A DNA stretch of 64,000 nt, taken from positions 40,342-104,341 of the forward strand of contig JBBDIK010000007.1 of assembly GCA_040880465.1 (NCBI GenBank). The letters run 5' to 3'. Both the position numbers and the translations under genes were made by a program. Of this stretch, positions 8,544-17,255 are shown in pieces. The notes beneath the pieces are model-generated. The model searched no databases. It was not told the DNA's origin and saw only the letters and a list, made by a program, of their open reading frames with translations. Numbering within the stretch: position 1 is the first letter of the stretch; each line of letters begins with the position of its first letter. The stretch is from Actinomycetota bacterium (GTDB lineage Bacteria > Actinomycetota > UBA4738 > JBBDHU01).

Positions 8544-9314
8544 GTGAAGATCAAGCCGCCATCGCCGAGCCACATGTTCGACCGCGTGCGCGAGTCGGAG
8601 TTCTGGAAGTCGATCTTCCGGCCGGGATCGTTGTTCCGCAAGGGGTACAAGGACACCAGCCGCGACCGCGCGATGGCGGCCATGAACAACGTCCTCTACC
8701 ACCTGCACCCGGTGAAGGTGAAGCGGCACGGCCTCAAGCTCACCTACACGTTCTGCCTGGGCGGGCTGTCGTTCTTCCTGTTCATCCTGCTGACGATCAC
8801 CGGCATCTATCTGATGTTCTTCTACCGGCCGACGGCCACGATCGCCTCATCACAGGCCTATTCCGACATGCAGAACATCACGACGTCCGTGTTCTTCGGC
8901 GACATGGTCCGCAACCTGCACCGGTGGGGCGCCCACCTCATGGTGTTCACCGTCACACTCCACATGGCACGGGTGTTCTATACGGGCGCGTACAAGCCGC
9001 CCCGGGAGTTCAACTGGGTCGTCGGTGTCGTCCTGCTGTTCCTGACCTTGGGATTGTCGTTCACCGGCTACTTGCTGCCGTGGGACCAGCTCTCGATCTG
9101 GGCGGTCACCGTCGGGACGAGCCTCGCGGCGTACTCGCCGCTGATCGCCAAGCAGGCGAACTTCCTCTTGCTCGGGGGCGCTATCGTCGGCCCCGAGACG
9201 TTGCTGCGTTGGTACGTGCTGCACGTGATCGCGTTGCCGTTCGTCACCGTCCTGTTCCTCTCCGTGCACTTCTGGCGGATCCGCAAGGACGGCGGCATCT
9301 CGGGACCACTGTAA
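8544..9314 (+). CDS. cytochrome b6-type protein (N-terminal cytochrome b domain only, split cytochrome b)
   Basis: Heme-ligand helices RNLHRWGAHLMVFTVTLHMARVF and RWYVLHVIALPFVTVLFLSVHF. Also carries a TFCLGG motif. The protein ends after helix D. Confidence 0.9.
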   Translation: MKIKPPSPSHMFDRVRESEFWKSIFRPGSLFRKGYKDTSRDRAMAAMNNVLYHLHPVKVKRHGLKLTYTFCLGGLSFFLFILLTITGIYLMFFYRPTATIASSQAYSDMQNITTSVFFGDMVRNLHRWGAHLMVFTVTLHMARVFYTGAYKPPREFNWVVGVVLLFLTLGLSFTGYLLPWDQLSIWAVTVGTSLAAYSPLIAKQANFLLLGGAIVGPETLLRWYVLHVIALPFVTVLFLSVHFWRIRKDGGISGPL

Positions 9315-9322
9315 GGAGCGGG

Positions 9323-10165
9323 ATGGCAGAAGCGCCGGAGATGGACCAGGGGGTCTTCGAGTCGACGCTCGAGGCCGAGCTGGCCAAGGGTACCGACCGC
9401 CGCGTGGCCGAGGGGCGCGCGAGATCGGCCGGGATACGCGCGTACCGGAAGGTCCACGGAGGCGGTGAGGGAGCCGCCGCGCCGGCCGCGACTTCGGCCG
9501 TCCCCTCGACGCCGGACGCGGGAAGTGCCGTCCCATCCCCAGCCGCCTCTCCAGTGCCCGCGCCCGCTGCTGCCGCCGCCGCGGTCGCCGTAGCCGCTCC
9601 GGCCCCCGGGGTTCCGCGTCAGGCCCCGCCGCCGACCGGGAAACCACCGTCGCCGGCCAAGCCCGGTGCGCCCGACAAGCATCGGCTGCTGGCGCTCGTC
9701 CAGCCCGAAGGTGTCCAGGCCGTCGAACGCGACCAAGGCGACAGGGCGAACACGTTCCCGCACCTGTTCATCGAGGAGTTCATCGCGCTGTTCGTCCTCC
9801 TCGCGTTCCTCACGATCTACTCCACGTTCCTGAACGCGCCGCTGCGGGAACTGGCCAACCCGAACCTGACCCCGAACCCCTCGAAGGCCCCGTGGTACTT
9901 CATGGGCCTCCAAGAGCTCCTCCGCTACTTCCACCCCATGGTGGCCGGCATCATCATCCCGACGTTCATCCTGGTTGGGCTCGGCGCCGTCCCCTACGTC
10001 GACCGAAATCCCAGCACCCGTCCGGGCGACCGCAAGCTCGCGATCACCCTGTTCACGATCCTGTTCATGTTCGGGGCAACCTTGACGATCATCGGTTCGT
10101 TCTTCCGGGGCCCGGGCTACAACTGGATCTGGCCATGGACCCAAGGCGTCTACTTCGACCTATGA
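9323..10165 (+). CDS. cytochrome b C-terminal domain protein (b6f subunit-IV-like) with a long Ala/Pro-rich N-terminal extension
   Basis: The ATG at 9323 is in frame within ORF 8924..10165. PSKAPWYFMGLQELLRY corresponds to the PEWY-type Qo motif. Three TM helices. Confidence 0.85.
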   Translation: MAEAPEMDQGVFESTLEAELAKGTDRRVAEGRARSAGIRAYRKVHGGGEGAAAPAATSAVPSTPDAGSAVPSPAASPVPAPAAAAAAVAVAAPAPGVPRQAPPPTGKPPSPAKPGAPDKHRLLALVQPEGVQAVERDQGDRANTFPHLFIEEFIALFVLLAFLTIYSTFLNAPLRELANPNLTPNPSKAPWYFMGLQELLRYFHPMVAGIIIPTFILVGLGAVPYVDRNPSTRPGDRKLAITLFTILFMFGATLTIIGSFFRGPGYNWIWPWTQGVYFDL

Positions 10166-10920
10166 CGATGCTCGCCGCTCTGTCCACGGGAACCCTCGTC
10201 GCGATCGTCGTCGTGGTGCTCTTCGACATCTTCGTGGTCGTCCTCGCGGTGTCGTTCTTGCGCGCCCGCCGGGCGGCGCGCGCCATGGAGGAGGCGGCCG
10301 CGGGTGGCCCGCTTCCGGACGCCGAGCAGGGCCTCGCCGCTCCGGCAGCCGCGAAGGCTCCCAAGCTCGTCTCGCGCCGGGAGTTCTTCCGCAAGTCCTG
10401 GCTCGCATCGCTCGGCGTGTTCGCGGCGGCATTCGGAGCTTCGACGATCGCGTTCCTGTGGCCGAACCTCAAAGGTGGCTTCGGCGGAACCTTCGAGGTG
10501 GGGACCGTCGAGGACATCGTTTCGCAGATCAACGCGACCGGCCAGCCCTACTACTACGGCGCCGGACGCTTCTACATCGTTCAGTACGACGGGACGGGGG
10601 TCGACGAAGATCTCGGCGTCGACTACGAAACGCAAGAAGTGCTGGCCGATGGGCTGATGGCGCTCTACCAGCGGTGCGTACACCTGGGCTGCCGGGTGCC
10701 GTTCTGCCAGGTCTCCCAGTGGTTCGAATGCCCGTGCCACGGCTCCAAGTACAGCCGCGCGGGTGAGTACAAGCAGGGCCCGGCCCCGCGTGGTCTCGAC
10801 CGGTTCACGATCAAGGTTGACGGCGGCCAGGTGATGGTCGACACCTCCGTCGTGCAGCTAGGTCCGCCACGAGGCACCGACACGACCAACCAGAACCCGG
10901 AAGGACCGTTCTGCGTCTGA
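10162..10920 (+). CDS. Rieske 2Fe-2S subunit
   Basis: CVHLGC and CPCHGS boxes, RREFF Tat-like motif, and an extra N-terminal TM helix. The ATG overlaps the upstream stop (ATGA). Confidence 0.9.
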   Translation: MTMLAALSTGTLVAIVVVVLFDIFVVVLAVSFLRARRAARAMEEAAAGGPLPDAEQGLAAPAAAKAPKLVSRREFFRKSWLASLGVFAAAFGASTIAFLWPNLKGGFGGTFEVGTVEDIVSQINATGQPYYYGAGRFYIVQYDGTGVDEDLGVDYETQEVLADGLMALYQRCVHLGCRVPFCQVSQWFECPCHGSKYSRAGEYKQGPAPRGLDRFTIKVDGGQVMVDTSVVQLGPPRGTDTTNQNPEGPFCV

Positions 10921-11615
10921 TGCTTGCCCTTTCACAAACCGCGGGGATCGTGATGGCCGGGATCGGCCTGGCCATCGTCGTCGTCATCGTTGCCCTCGTC
11001 GTCGCCCGCGTCCGGCACGCCGAGGACAAGGGGCCGGACATCCCCCCGGCGATGAGTCCCGGACCATCCGATCCGAACCTCGAGAAGCCGATCCTCGAAC
11101 GTCTCCAGGGATGGGGCGTGATCCTGGTCGCGTTCATGGCGGTCTGGATCGCCGCGTACTGGTTCTTCGAGCCCGGAACGAACAAGAAGCAGGAGGAACA
11201 TCGCGTCGAATCGGCCACCGAGCACGGCGCCCACATCGTCGAGCTCTTCGATGAACACTCCAACCCGGCCGGCGCCGGCTGCGTCCAGTGTCACGGCCCC
11301 GAGCTACGCGGGCAGGAGTTCGTTCGCGGCGGCGACATCTTCCGATCGGCAAACCTAACCACCGTCTGTGAGCGCCTCACCATGGAGGAGATGTTCCAGA
11401 CGATCGCAGAGGGCCGGGAGAGCGCCGGGATGCCCTCGTGGAGCGTCGAGTACAAGGGCGCGATGAACGATCAACAGATCATGGACGTGGTGCAGTACCT
11501 CGTGACGGTGAACGAGGAAACCGTACCGTTCGAGAAGAACAAGTGCATCAACGAGGAAGCCGCCTCGCCCGCCCCGGCACCATCGCCGGAAGCTTCTCCG
11601 ACGGAGGCGCCGTGA
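10920..11615 (+). CDS. membrane-anchored monoheme cytochrome c
   Basis: Single CVQCH heme motif with a distal Met region (AGMPSW), and two N-terminal TM helices. The start overlaps the Rieske stop. Confidence 0.85.
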   Translation: MLALSQTAGIVMAGIGLAIVVVIVALVVARVRHAEDKGPDIPPAMSPGPSDPNLEKPILERLQGWGVILVAFMAVWIAAYWFFEPGTNKKQEEHRVESATEHGAHIVELFDEHSNPAGAGCVQCHGPELRGQEFVRGGDIFRSANLTTVCERLTMEEMFQTIAEGRESAGMPSWSVEYKGAMNDQQIMDVVQYLVTVNEETVPFEKNKCINEEAASPAPAPSPEASPTEAP

Positions 11616-12421
11616 TGCGGACGCTCGCGCTCTTCGACTGGCCGTTGTTCATCAAGGGAACGCTGACGGTCATCATGGCCTTCATCCTGTTCATCGGCAG
11701 CGTCTACCTCCTGCTCTCGGCGGTCATGGGCAAGAAGCTCGGCTACCTCGTCCTTGCGGTGTCGTTCTTCGGATGGATGGTCCTGCTCTCGGCGATCTGG
11801 GCGTTCGGGTTCTACTCGCAGGGTCTCGAAACCCCGGTCAACCTCGGCCCGAAGGGGGTCGAGCCCCACTGGCTACCGGTGGACGGCGGGTTCGAGGCCG
11901 CCTCCGCGACCTACCCGCTGGCGGACGCCTATCCGGGCGGCGAGTGGCGGGTCCCGAGCGAGAAGGAGGAAAGCTCGGTCGACCCGGTCTCGACGTCGAT
12001 CAAGGAGTTCCTCGCCACTCAAGCCAACGAAGAGGCCGGCATCGAGCCGGTCGAAGCCGTCCCTGAACACGCCAGCGGAACCCTTGAGACCGAGGCGCAG
12101 AGGGTCGAGGACGAACTGATCGAGTCGGGGCAGCACATGTTCATCCCTGAGGACTTCATCGTGCAGGACGTACGCTTCGCCACCGCAGAAGATGGCGAGA
12201 CGTCGCTGGCGGCCGCGCGCGTCTTCTACCAGGACGGCGGGCCGGAGTTCACCGTCGTCGCCTACCACGACAGCGGGAACGTCCCGATCTACTCGTACAT
12301 CTTCCTGGCCCTGTCGATCGTAGGGTTGCTGGTGCACCTGCCGTTCCTCGACCGGGTCGAGGCCAAGCGCAAGGACATCCTTACCGGCGGCACGGCGCCC
12401 GTGTGGCGCGGGCCGGCCTAG
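11615..12421 (+). CDS. multi-TM membrane protein with an acidic soluble domain, bc-operon associated, unknown function
   Basis: The ATG at 11615 overlaps the cytochrome c stop (GTGATG). Three N-terminal TM helices and one C-terminal TM helix. Confidence 0.6.
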   Translation: MRTLALFDWPLFIKGTLTVIMAFILFIGSVYLLLSAVMGKKLGYLVLAVSFFGWMVLLSAIWAFGFYSQGLETPVNLGPKGVEPHWLPVDGGFEAASATYPLADAYPGGEWRVPSEKEESSVDPVSTSIKEFLATQANEEAGIEPVEAVPEHASGTLETEAQRVEDELIESGQHMFIPEDFIVQDVRFATAEDGETSLAAARVFYQDGGPEFTVVAYHDSGNVPIYSYIFLALSIVGLLVHLPFLDRVEAKRKDILTGGTAPVWRGPA

Positions 12422-12442
12422 GCAAGAGGAGGAGCGGAGACG

Positions 12443-12547
12443 ATGCTGGGACTGGGACTGCTCGACCAAGGAAGCGTTCAGTTCATCCTGTTCGGCGTGA
12501 TGATCATCGCAACCTATATCGTGCTGAGATCCACCAGCGCGAAGTAG
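12443..12547 (+). CDS. 34-aa single-TM mini-protein (MLGLGLLDQGSVQFILFGVMIIATYIVLRSTSAK)
   Basis: Too short for the ORF track. AGGAGGAG Shine-Dalgarno at 12427..12434 lies 8 nt before the ATG. Sits 21 nt after the previous gene and has a hydrophobic core. Confidence 0.5.
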   Translation: MLGLGLLDQGSVQFILFGVMIIATYIVLRSTSAK

Positions 12548-12580
12548 GCCACGCGCGTCGCGACGTCCGCTGCGGCGTCC

Positions 12581-13858
12581 TCACACCCGATCCAACGCCG
12601 TGTCCACCCCATCCAGGGTTCGCTCGACCTCGGCGCCGCCATGAGCCGCCGAGAGGAACCAACCCTCGTACCCCGACGGCGGCAGCAGGATGCCGGCTTC
12701 GAGCATCCCGTGGAAGAACTTCGCGTACCGCTCGTGGTCCGCCGCGCGCGCGCCTTCATAGTCCGTCACGTCGTCTCCCGTGAAGAAGAGGGAGAACAGG
12801 GATCCGACGCGGTTGATGCGGTGGTCGATGCCTCGTTCGGTGAGTCGTTCGCCGAGACCGTGACAGAGTGCGGCGGCCGAAACTTCGAGGCCTGCGTACG
12901 GTGGCTCGCTTCCGACGAGGCCGAGCGCGGCGAGACCCGCCGCGACGGCGACCGGGTTCCCGGAGAGCGTCCCCGCCTGATACACCGGACCCTCCGGAGC
13001 CAGCGCCTCCATGATGTCGGCGCGTCCCCCGAACGCCGCGCACGGCATCCCGCCTCCCATCACCTTGCCCATCGTCGTGAGGTCGGCCGCCACACCCAGC
13101 CGCTCCTGCGCGCCGCCCTCGCCGAGCCGGAACCCCGTGATCACCTCGTCGATGACCAGAAGCACGCCATGGGCAGTGCATGCCTCGCGCAAACCTTCGA
13201 GGAAGCCTTCCGCCGGAGGAACCACACCCATGTTCGCTGCGACGGGTTCGACGATGACACAGGCGATGTCGCCGCCGCGTTCGGCCAGCAGGACGCGAAC
13301 CGCCTCGAGGTCGTTGAACGGCACGACGAACGTGTCCTGCGCGGCCGCCCCCGTTACGCCCGGCGAGTCGGGCAGTCCGAACGTCGCGAGCCCCGATCCG
13401 GCCTTGGCGAGCAACGCGTCCGAGTGACCGTGATAGCAGCCTGCGAACTTCACGACCCCCGGCCGCCCGGTGGCTCCACGCGCCAGCCGGACCGCGCTCA
13501 TGCATGCCTCCGTCCCAGAGGACACGAGCCGGACGCGCTCGACGGTCGGAGCGAGTTCGACGATGCGCTCGGCGAGACGGATCTCCGCCTCGGTCGGGGC
13601 ACCGAAGGAAGTGCCCAGGCGAGCTGCCGCTTCGATGGCGGCAACGACTTCGGGGCGCGCGTGGCCGAACAGGAGTGCCCCCCAGGACTGGACGTAGTCC
13701 ACGTACTCCCGGCCGTCGACGTCGGTAACGAGGGCGCCACGGCCGGATGCCAGGAAGCGCGGAACGCCGCCAACCGATCCGTAGGCTCGGACCGGTGAAT
13801 TCACCCCGCCGGGGATGATCGCGCGCGCTTCATCGAACAACTCATCTGACCTGCTCAC
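12581..13858 (-). CDS. hemL: glutamate-1-semialdehyde 2,1-aminomutase
   Basis: N-terminal [19 protein letters not shown], a class-III aminotransferase fold, and length of 425 aa. Confidence 0.95.
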   Translation of the reverse strand: MSRSDELFDEARAIIPGGVNSPVRAYGSVGGVPRFLASGRGALVTDVDGREYVDYVQSWGALLFGHARPEVVAAIEAAARLGTSFGAPTEAEIRLAERIVELAPTVERVRLVSSGTEACMSAVRLARGATGRPGVVKFAGCYHGHSDALLAKAGSGLATFGLPDSPGVTGAAAQDTFVVPFNDLEAVRVLLAERGGDIACVIVEPVAANMGVVPPAEGFLEGLREACTAHGVLLVIDEVITGFRLGEGGAQERLGVAADLTTMGKVMGGGMPCAAFGGRADIMEALAPEGPVYQAGTLSGNPVAVAAGLAALGLVGSEPPYAGLEVSAAALCHGLGERLTERGIDHRINRVGSLFSLFFTGDDVTDYEGARAADHERYAKFFHGMLEAGILLPPSGYEGWFLSAAHGGAEVERTLDGVDTALDRV

Positions 13859-13921
13859 GAGCGGTGAGCCTAACAGTGGGGGGTTTCGTCCGGGTTGAGT
13901 CCGCGGCCGGGTCGCTCGGCG

Positions 13922-14851
13922 CTACGGAGCCGGAGCCGGCGGCACCGGCGCGACCGGTTGCCAATCGGGCAGCTCGTCGGTCCGGCCGTTCTCCATCACC
14001 GGCACCAGGCCCGTCCCGTCGGCGGCAACGGTTGTGATCTCCAGGTCGCCGCCGCCCTTGTCGCTGGAGAACGCGATGCGCGTGCCGTCAGGCGACCAGA
14101 CCGCCTGAACGTCGTCCTTGTTGTTCTCGGTGAGTTTGGTCTCCACGCCGGTCAGCAGGTTCCTGATGTACAGCTCCCGATCCCCCGCGCCGTAGGCCTC
14201 GAACACCACCGATGTGCCGTCGGGCGACCACGACGGCGCGGCGTCAGGGCGCTTCCCGCTGGTGATCTGCTTCGCCTTGCCCGTCGACAAGCGCAGGGAG
14301 TAGAGATCGCGCCGGCCGGTGCGGCTGCTCGAGAAGACGATCTGGGTGCCGTCGGGCGACCAGTCGGGCGCGTCGTCGTCCACCTTGTTGTCCGTCAGGT
14401 ACTTGATCTTCCCCGAGCCGTCGGCGTTCGCCACGGCCAGATCGACGTCTCTGCTCATCTGCCGCTGGAACACGAGCCGGGTACCGTCCGGCGACCACGA
14501 CGGCCGGGTATCGACCCCCCGCGAGCGTGTGATCCGGTCCTGCGCCGTGCCGTCGGCGCTCATCACGAACAGCTCGTAGTTACCGCCGCCGACGTCGCGG
14601 GAGAACGCGATGCGCGTTCCGTCGGGCGACCATGCCGCCCCGAAGTCGTCCACCAGGTTGTCGGTCAGCCGCGTCTGATCTCCGGTCACCGGATCGACGA
14701 CGTAGATCTCGTAGTTGCCGAGGTCGAACTGCCGGTCGAAGGCGATCAGCCCGTTGCCGCCGGGAAGGGTGGCCCCCGCCGGCTGCGCAACCGGACCCGC
14801 GATCCCCGCGAGAACCGAGGCCAGCATGATGAGGACCACCGATACGCGCAT
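13922..14851 (-). CDS. secreted TolB-like beta-propeller protein (PD40/WD40-like repeats)
   Basis: Signal peptide followed by six or more WSPDGT repeats. Confidence 0.8.
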   Translation of the reverse strand: MRVSVVLIMLASVLAGIAGPVAQPAGATLPGGNGLIAFDRQFDLGNYEIYVVDPVTGDQTRLTDNLVDDFGAAWSPDGTRIAFSRDVGGGNYELFVMSADGTAQDRITRSRGVDTRPSWSPDGTRLVFQRQMSRDVDLAVANADGSGKIKYLTDNKVDDDAPDWSPDGTQIVFSSSRTGRRDLYSLRLSTGKAKQITSGKRPDAAPSWSPDGTSVVFEAYGAGDRELYIRNLLTGVETKLTENNKDDVQAVWSPDGTRIAFSSDKGGGDLEITTVAADGTGLVPVMENGRTDELPDWQPVAPVPPAPAP

Positions 14852-14914
14852 CTCACTTGAATGGTCGGCATCCAGGGAGGCCGGACCGATAGCACGAACG
14901 GGCGGTTCCGGTGT

Positions 14915-16179
14915 CTACGGTTCCTGGCCCGAACGGGGGGTCGGTTCATCCAGCCCGAAGAGTGCGCGCAAGGCATCCGCCTGGGCTTCGCTCTGCTTCG
15001 CGCGCACCATCGGCTCGTGCAGCAGCTTGTTGACGGCGCCCCGGAGTGTGGCTTCGACCGCCTCGCGCTGTTCCGAGGTCAGATCCCGGAGCTTGCCCGA
15101 CATGCGGCGGAGTTCGGCGACCCGGACCTGTTCGCCCCGATCGTGCAACGCCTTGAGCAACGGCGCGAGCGCCGCGTTCCGGCGCCAGGCGGCGAAGTTC
15201 GCCACCTCCTCCGCGATGACGGCGCGGGCCTTCGTGATCTCCCCCTCGTCGCCGCCGCCGATCGACCGCCCGAGATCGTCGACGTTCGCGACATCGACCC
15301 CGGGCAGGTCCCCGACGGCCGACTCCACATCACGGGGGACCGCCAGGTCCAGGAAGAACAATGGTCGGTCGGGTCGGCCGGCAAGCGCGGATGCGACCGT
15401 CTCCGCATCGACGATGGTGCCGCTCGCCCCTGTCGAGCACACCACCAAGTCCGCACGTGCAAGGGCGTCGGGTAGGTTGGCGAGCTGCTCGGCGCTCCCG
15501 CCCGTCCGGCGAGCCAGCGCTTGCGCGTGGCCGAGGCTCCGGTTGAGTACCTTCACGCGAACGACACCACGCTCTTGAAGTGCTTGCGCCGCAAGGGTCG
15601 CCATCTGCCCCGCGCCGAGCACCAGGAGCTCGATGTCGGCGAGATCACCCAGGGTTCGCTCCGCCAGCGCAAGGCCCGCTTCGATGAACGCCCCGGGGGC
15701 GGCGGAGATCCCGGTCTCGGCCCGAGCCCTGCGTCCGGCGCGTACCGCGTGCCGGAACAGCGAATCGAGCTGCGGCCTCGCGGCACCCTCCGCCTTAGCT
15801 TCGCGGATCGCCGCCCGAACCTGGGTCAGGATCTGCGGCTCACCGGCGACCATGGAATCGATCCCGGCAGCGACGTCGAAGAGATGCTCAGCGGCCTGGT
15901 CCTCGTAGTGCGAGTACAGCGGCTCGGCGAACACCTCGGGCGCTACTTCGCGCGACTCCGCGAGGAACCCCTTCAGTTCCTGGAACCCGGCATGGTAGCT
16001 CTCCACGTCCGCCACGATCTCCACACGGTTACAGGTCGACAGGATGACCGCGCCGTCGACCGACGGCAGCCGGGTGAGATGGTCGTAGGCCTTCTGAAGG
16101 TCTTCCTCCGGGAACCCGAGCTGCTCGAGCAGCTCGACCGGGGCGGATCGGGACGAGACACCGAGGACAGGATCGCCAT
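14915..16179 (-). CDS. hemA: glutamyl-tRNA reductase, with an apparent 1-nt frameshift within the first ~5 codons
   Basis: ORF 14915..16024 is HemA-like. The same frame continues upstream to 16186 as VLGVSSRSAPVELLEQL...ILSTCNRVEI, which includes the catalytic Cys motif, but has no start codon there. The only ATG (16179) is in another frame. Confidence 0.8.
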
Positions 16180-16186
16180 GCCGAGC

Positions 16187-16864
16187 TCAGACCACCGCCA
16201 TCGTCTTCGCCCGGCCCTGTTTCACGTCGTCCAGCGCGGCTTTGCGCTGTTCGTAGAACGCCAGGATCTGCAGTTCGATGGAGAGGTCGACCTTGCGAAG
16301 GGATACGTCGTCGGGAACGGTGATCACCGCGGGGGCGAAGTTCAGGATCGATTGGATGCCGGCCTCGACCATGCGGTCGGCCACCTCTTGGGCCACCTGC
16401 CCGGGCGTGCACACCATCCCGATCGCCACGTCGTGCTCTCGCACGATCCGCGGTAGGTTCTCCACGGCCTCGATCGGGAGCCCGTTCACCTTCTCCCCCA
16501 CTTTCTTCGGATCCGCGTCGATCAGCGCAACCACCTCGAAGCCGCGTTCGCCGAACCCCTTGTAGTTCGCGAGCGCGTGACCGAGGTTCCCGACGCCGGC
16601 GATCACGACCGGCCAGTGCTGGGTCAGGCCCAACTCCCGGCGGATCTGATGGATCAGGTAGGCCACGTCGTAGCCGACCCCGCGGGTTCCGTACGAGCCG
16701 AGGTGGGACAGATCCTTGCGGACCTTGGCCGAGTTCACCCCGGACGCATCCGCGAGGGTCTCCGACGAGACGACGCTGCCTCCATCCTCGGCCATCTCCA
16801 CGAGCGCGCGCAGGTACACGGGGAGGCGTCCGACGGTGGCTTCGGGGATGGGCCGCTTGCTCAT
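16187..16864 (-). CDS. rex: redox-sensing transcriptional repressor Rex
   Basis: MSKRPIPEATVGRLPVYLRAL... winged helix followed by a Rossmann GVGNLGHAL motif. Internal ATG at 16864. Confidence 0.9.
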   Translation of the reverse strand: MSKRPIPEATVGRLPVYLRALVEMAEDGGSVVSSETLADASGVNSAKVRKDLSHLGSYGTRGVGYDVAYLIHQIRRELGLTQHWPVVIAGVGNLGHALANYKGFGERGFEVVALIDADPKKVGEKVNGLPIEAVENLPRIVREHDVAIGMVCTPGQVAQEVADRMVEAGIQSILNFAPAVITVPDDVSLRKVDLSIELQILAFYEQRKAALDDVKQGRAKTMAVV

Positions 16865-16916
16865 GGATCCGGCACGGCGTTGTCGGGAGCCGTGAGGTTC
16901 ACCGAGGTTAGCGCAT

Positions 16917-16934
16917 ATGTGAAATCGTTCACAA
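16917..16934. promoter_or_regulatory. Rex operator upstream of rex-hemA (autoregulatory site)
   Basis: ATGTGAA-ATCG-TTCACAA. The core TGTGAA-N4-TTCACA is a perfect inverted repeat about 53 nt upstream of the rex ATG. Confidence 0.7.
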
Positions 16935-16953
16935 CCGCACAAGGTGAGGGCGT

Positions 16954-17205
16954 TCAGGCACGCGAGCGAACCGCTCTGGCGAAGAGCCGAGGATCGACGT
17001 TGTACTCGAACAGCTCCTCGCCGCCGACCAGCACCACCGGGATCCGGATGCCGTACTCACGCTCCAGGTCGTCGTCGCCCTCGATCGATATCTCTTCGTA
17101 CTCGAACGGGTTGCGTACGCGCTCGGCGAGGATGACCTCCCTCGCCTCGTCGCACAGCCCACACCGCGGGCGCGAGTACATCGTCACGAGCGCCTGTTCT
17201 CCCAT
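16954..17205 (-). CDS. glutaredoxin-like small thiol protein
   Basis: YSRPRCGLCDEA CxxC motif and thioredoxin-fold length. Start is uncertain (17205 or 17241). Confidence 0.7.
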   Translation of the reverse strand: MGEQALVTMYSRPRCGLCDEAREVILAERVRNPFEYEEISIEGDDDLEREYGIRIPVVLVGGEELFEYNVDPRLFARAVRSRA

Positions 17206-17255
17206 TCCGCGCCCAGTATGGACGGCGGGAACGCCGAGCATGGCGGCGCGCCCCC

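Noticed and set aside
13922-14851. TolB-like propeller gene inside the hem gene string as a functional part of heme synthesis
   Set aside because: It is separated from hemA and hemL by 63-nt gaps, and no known link exists. Most simply it is an unrelated periplasmic protein, so it is not raised as a finding.
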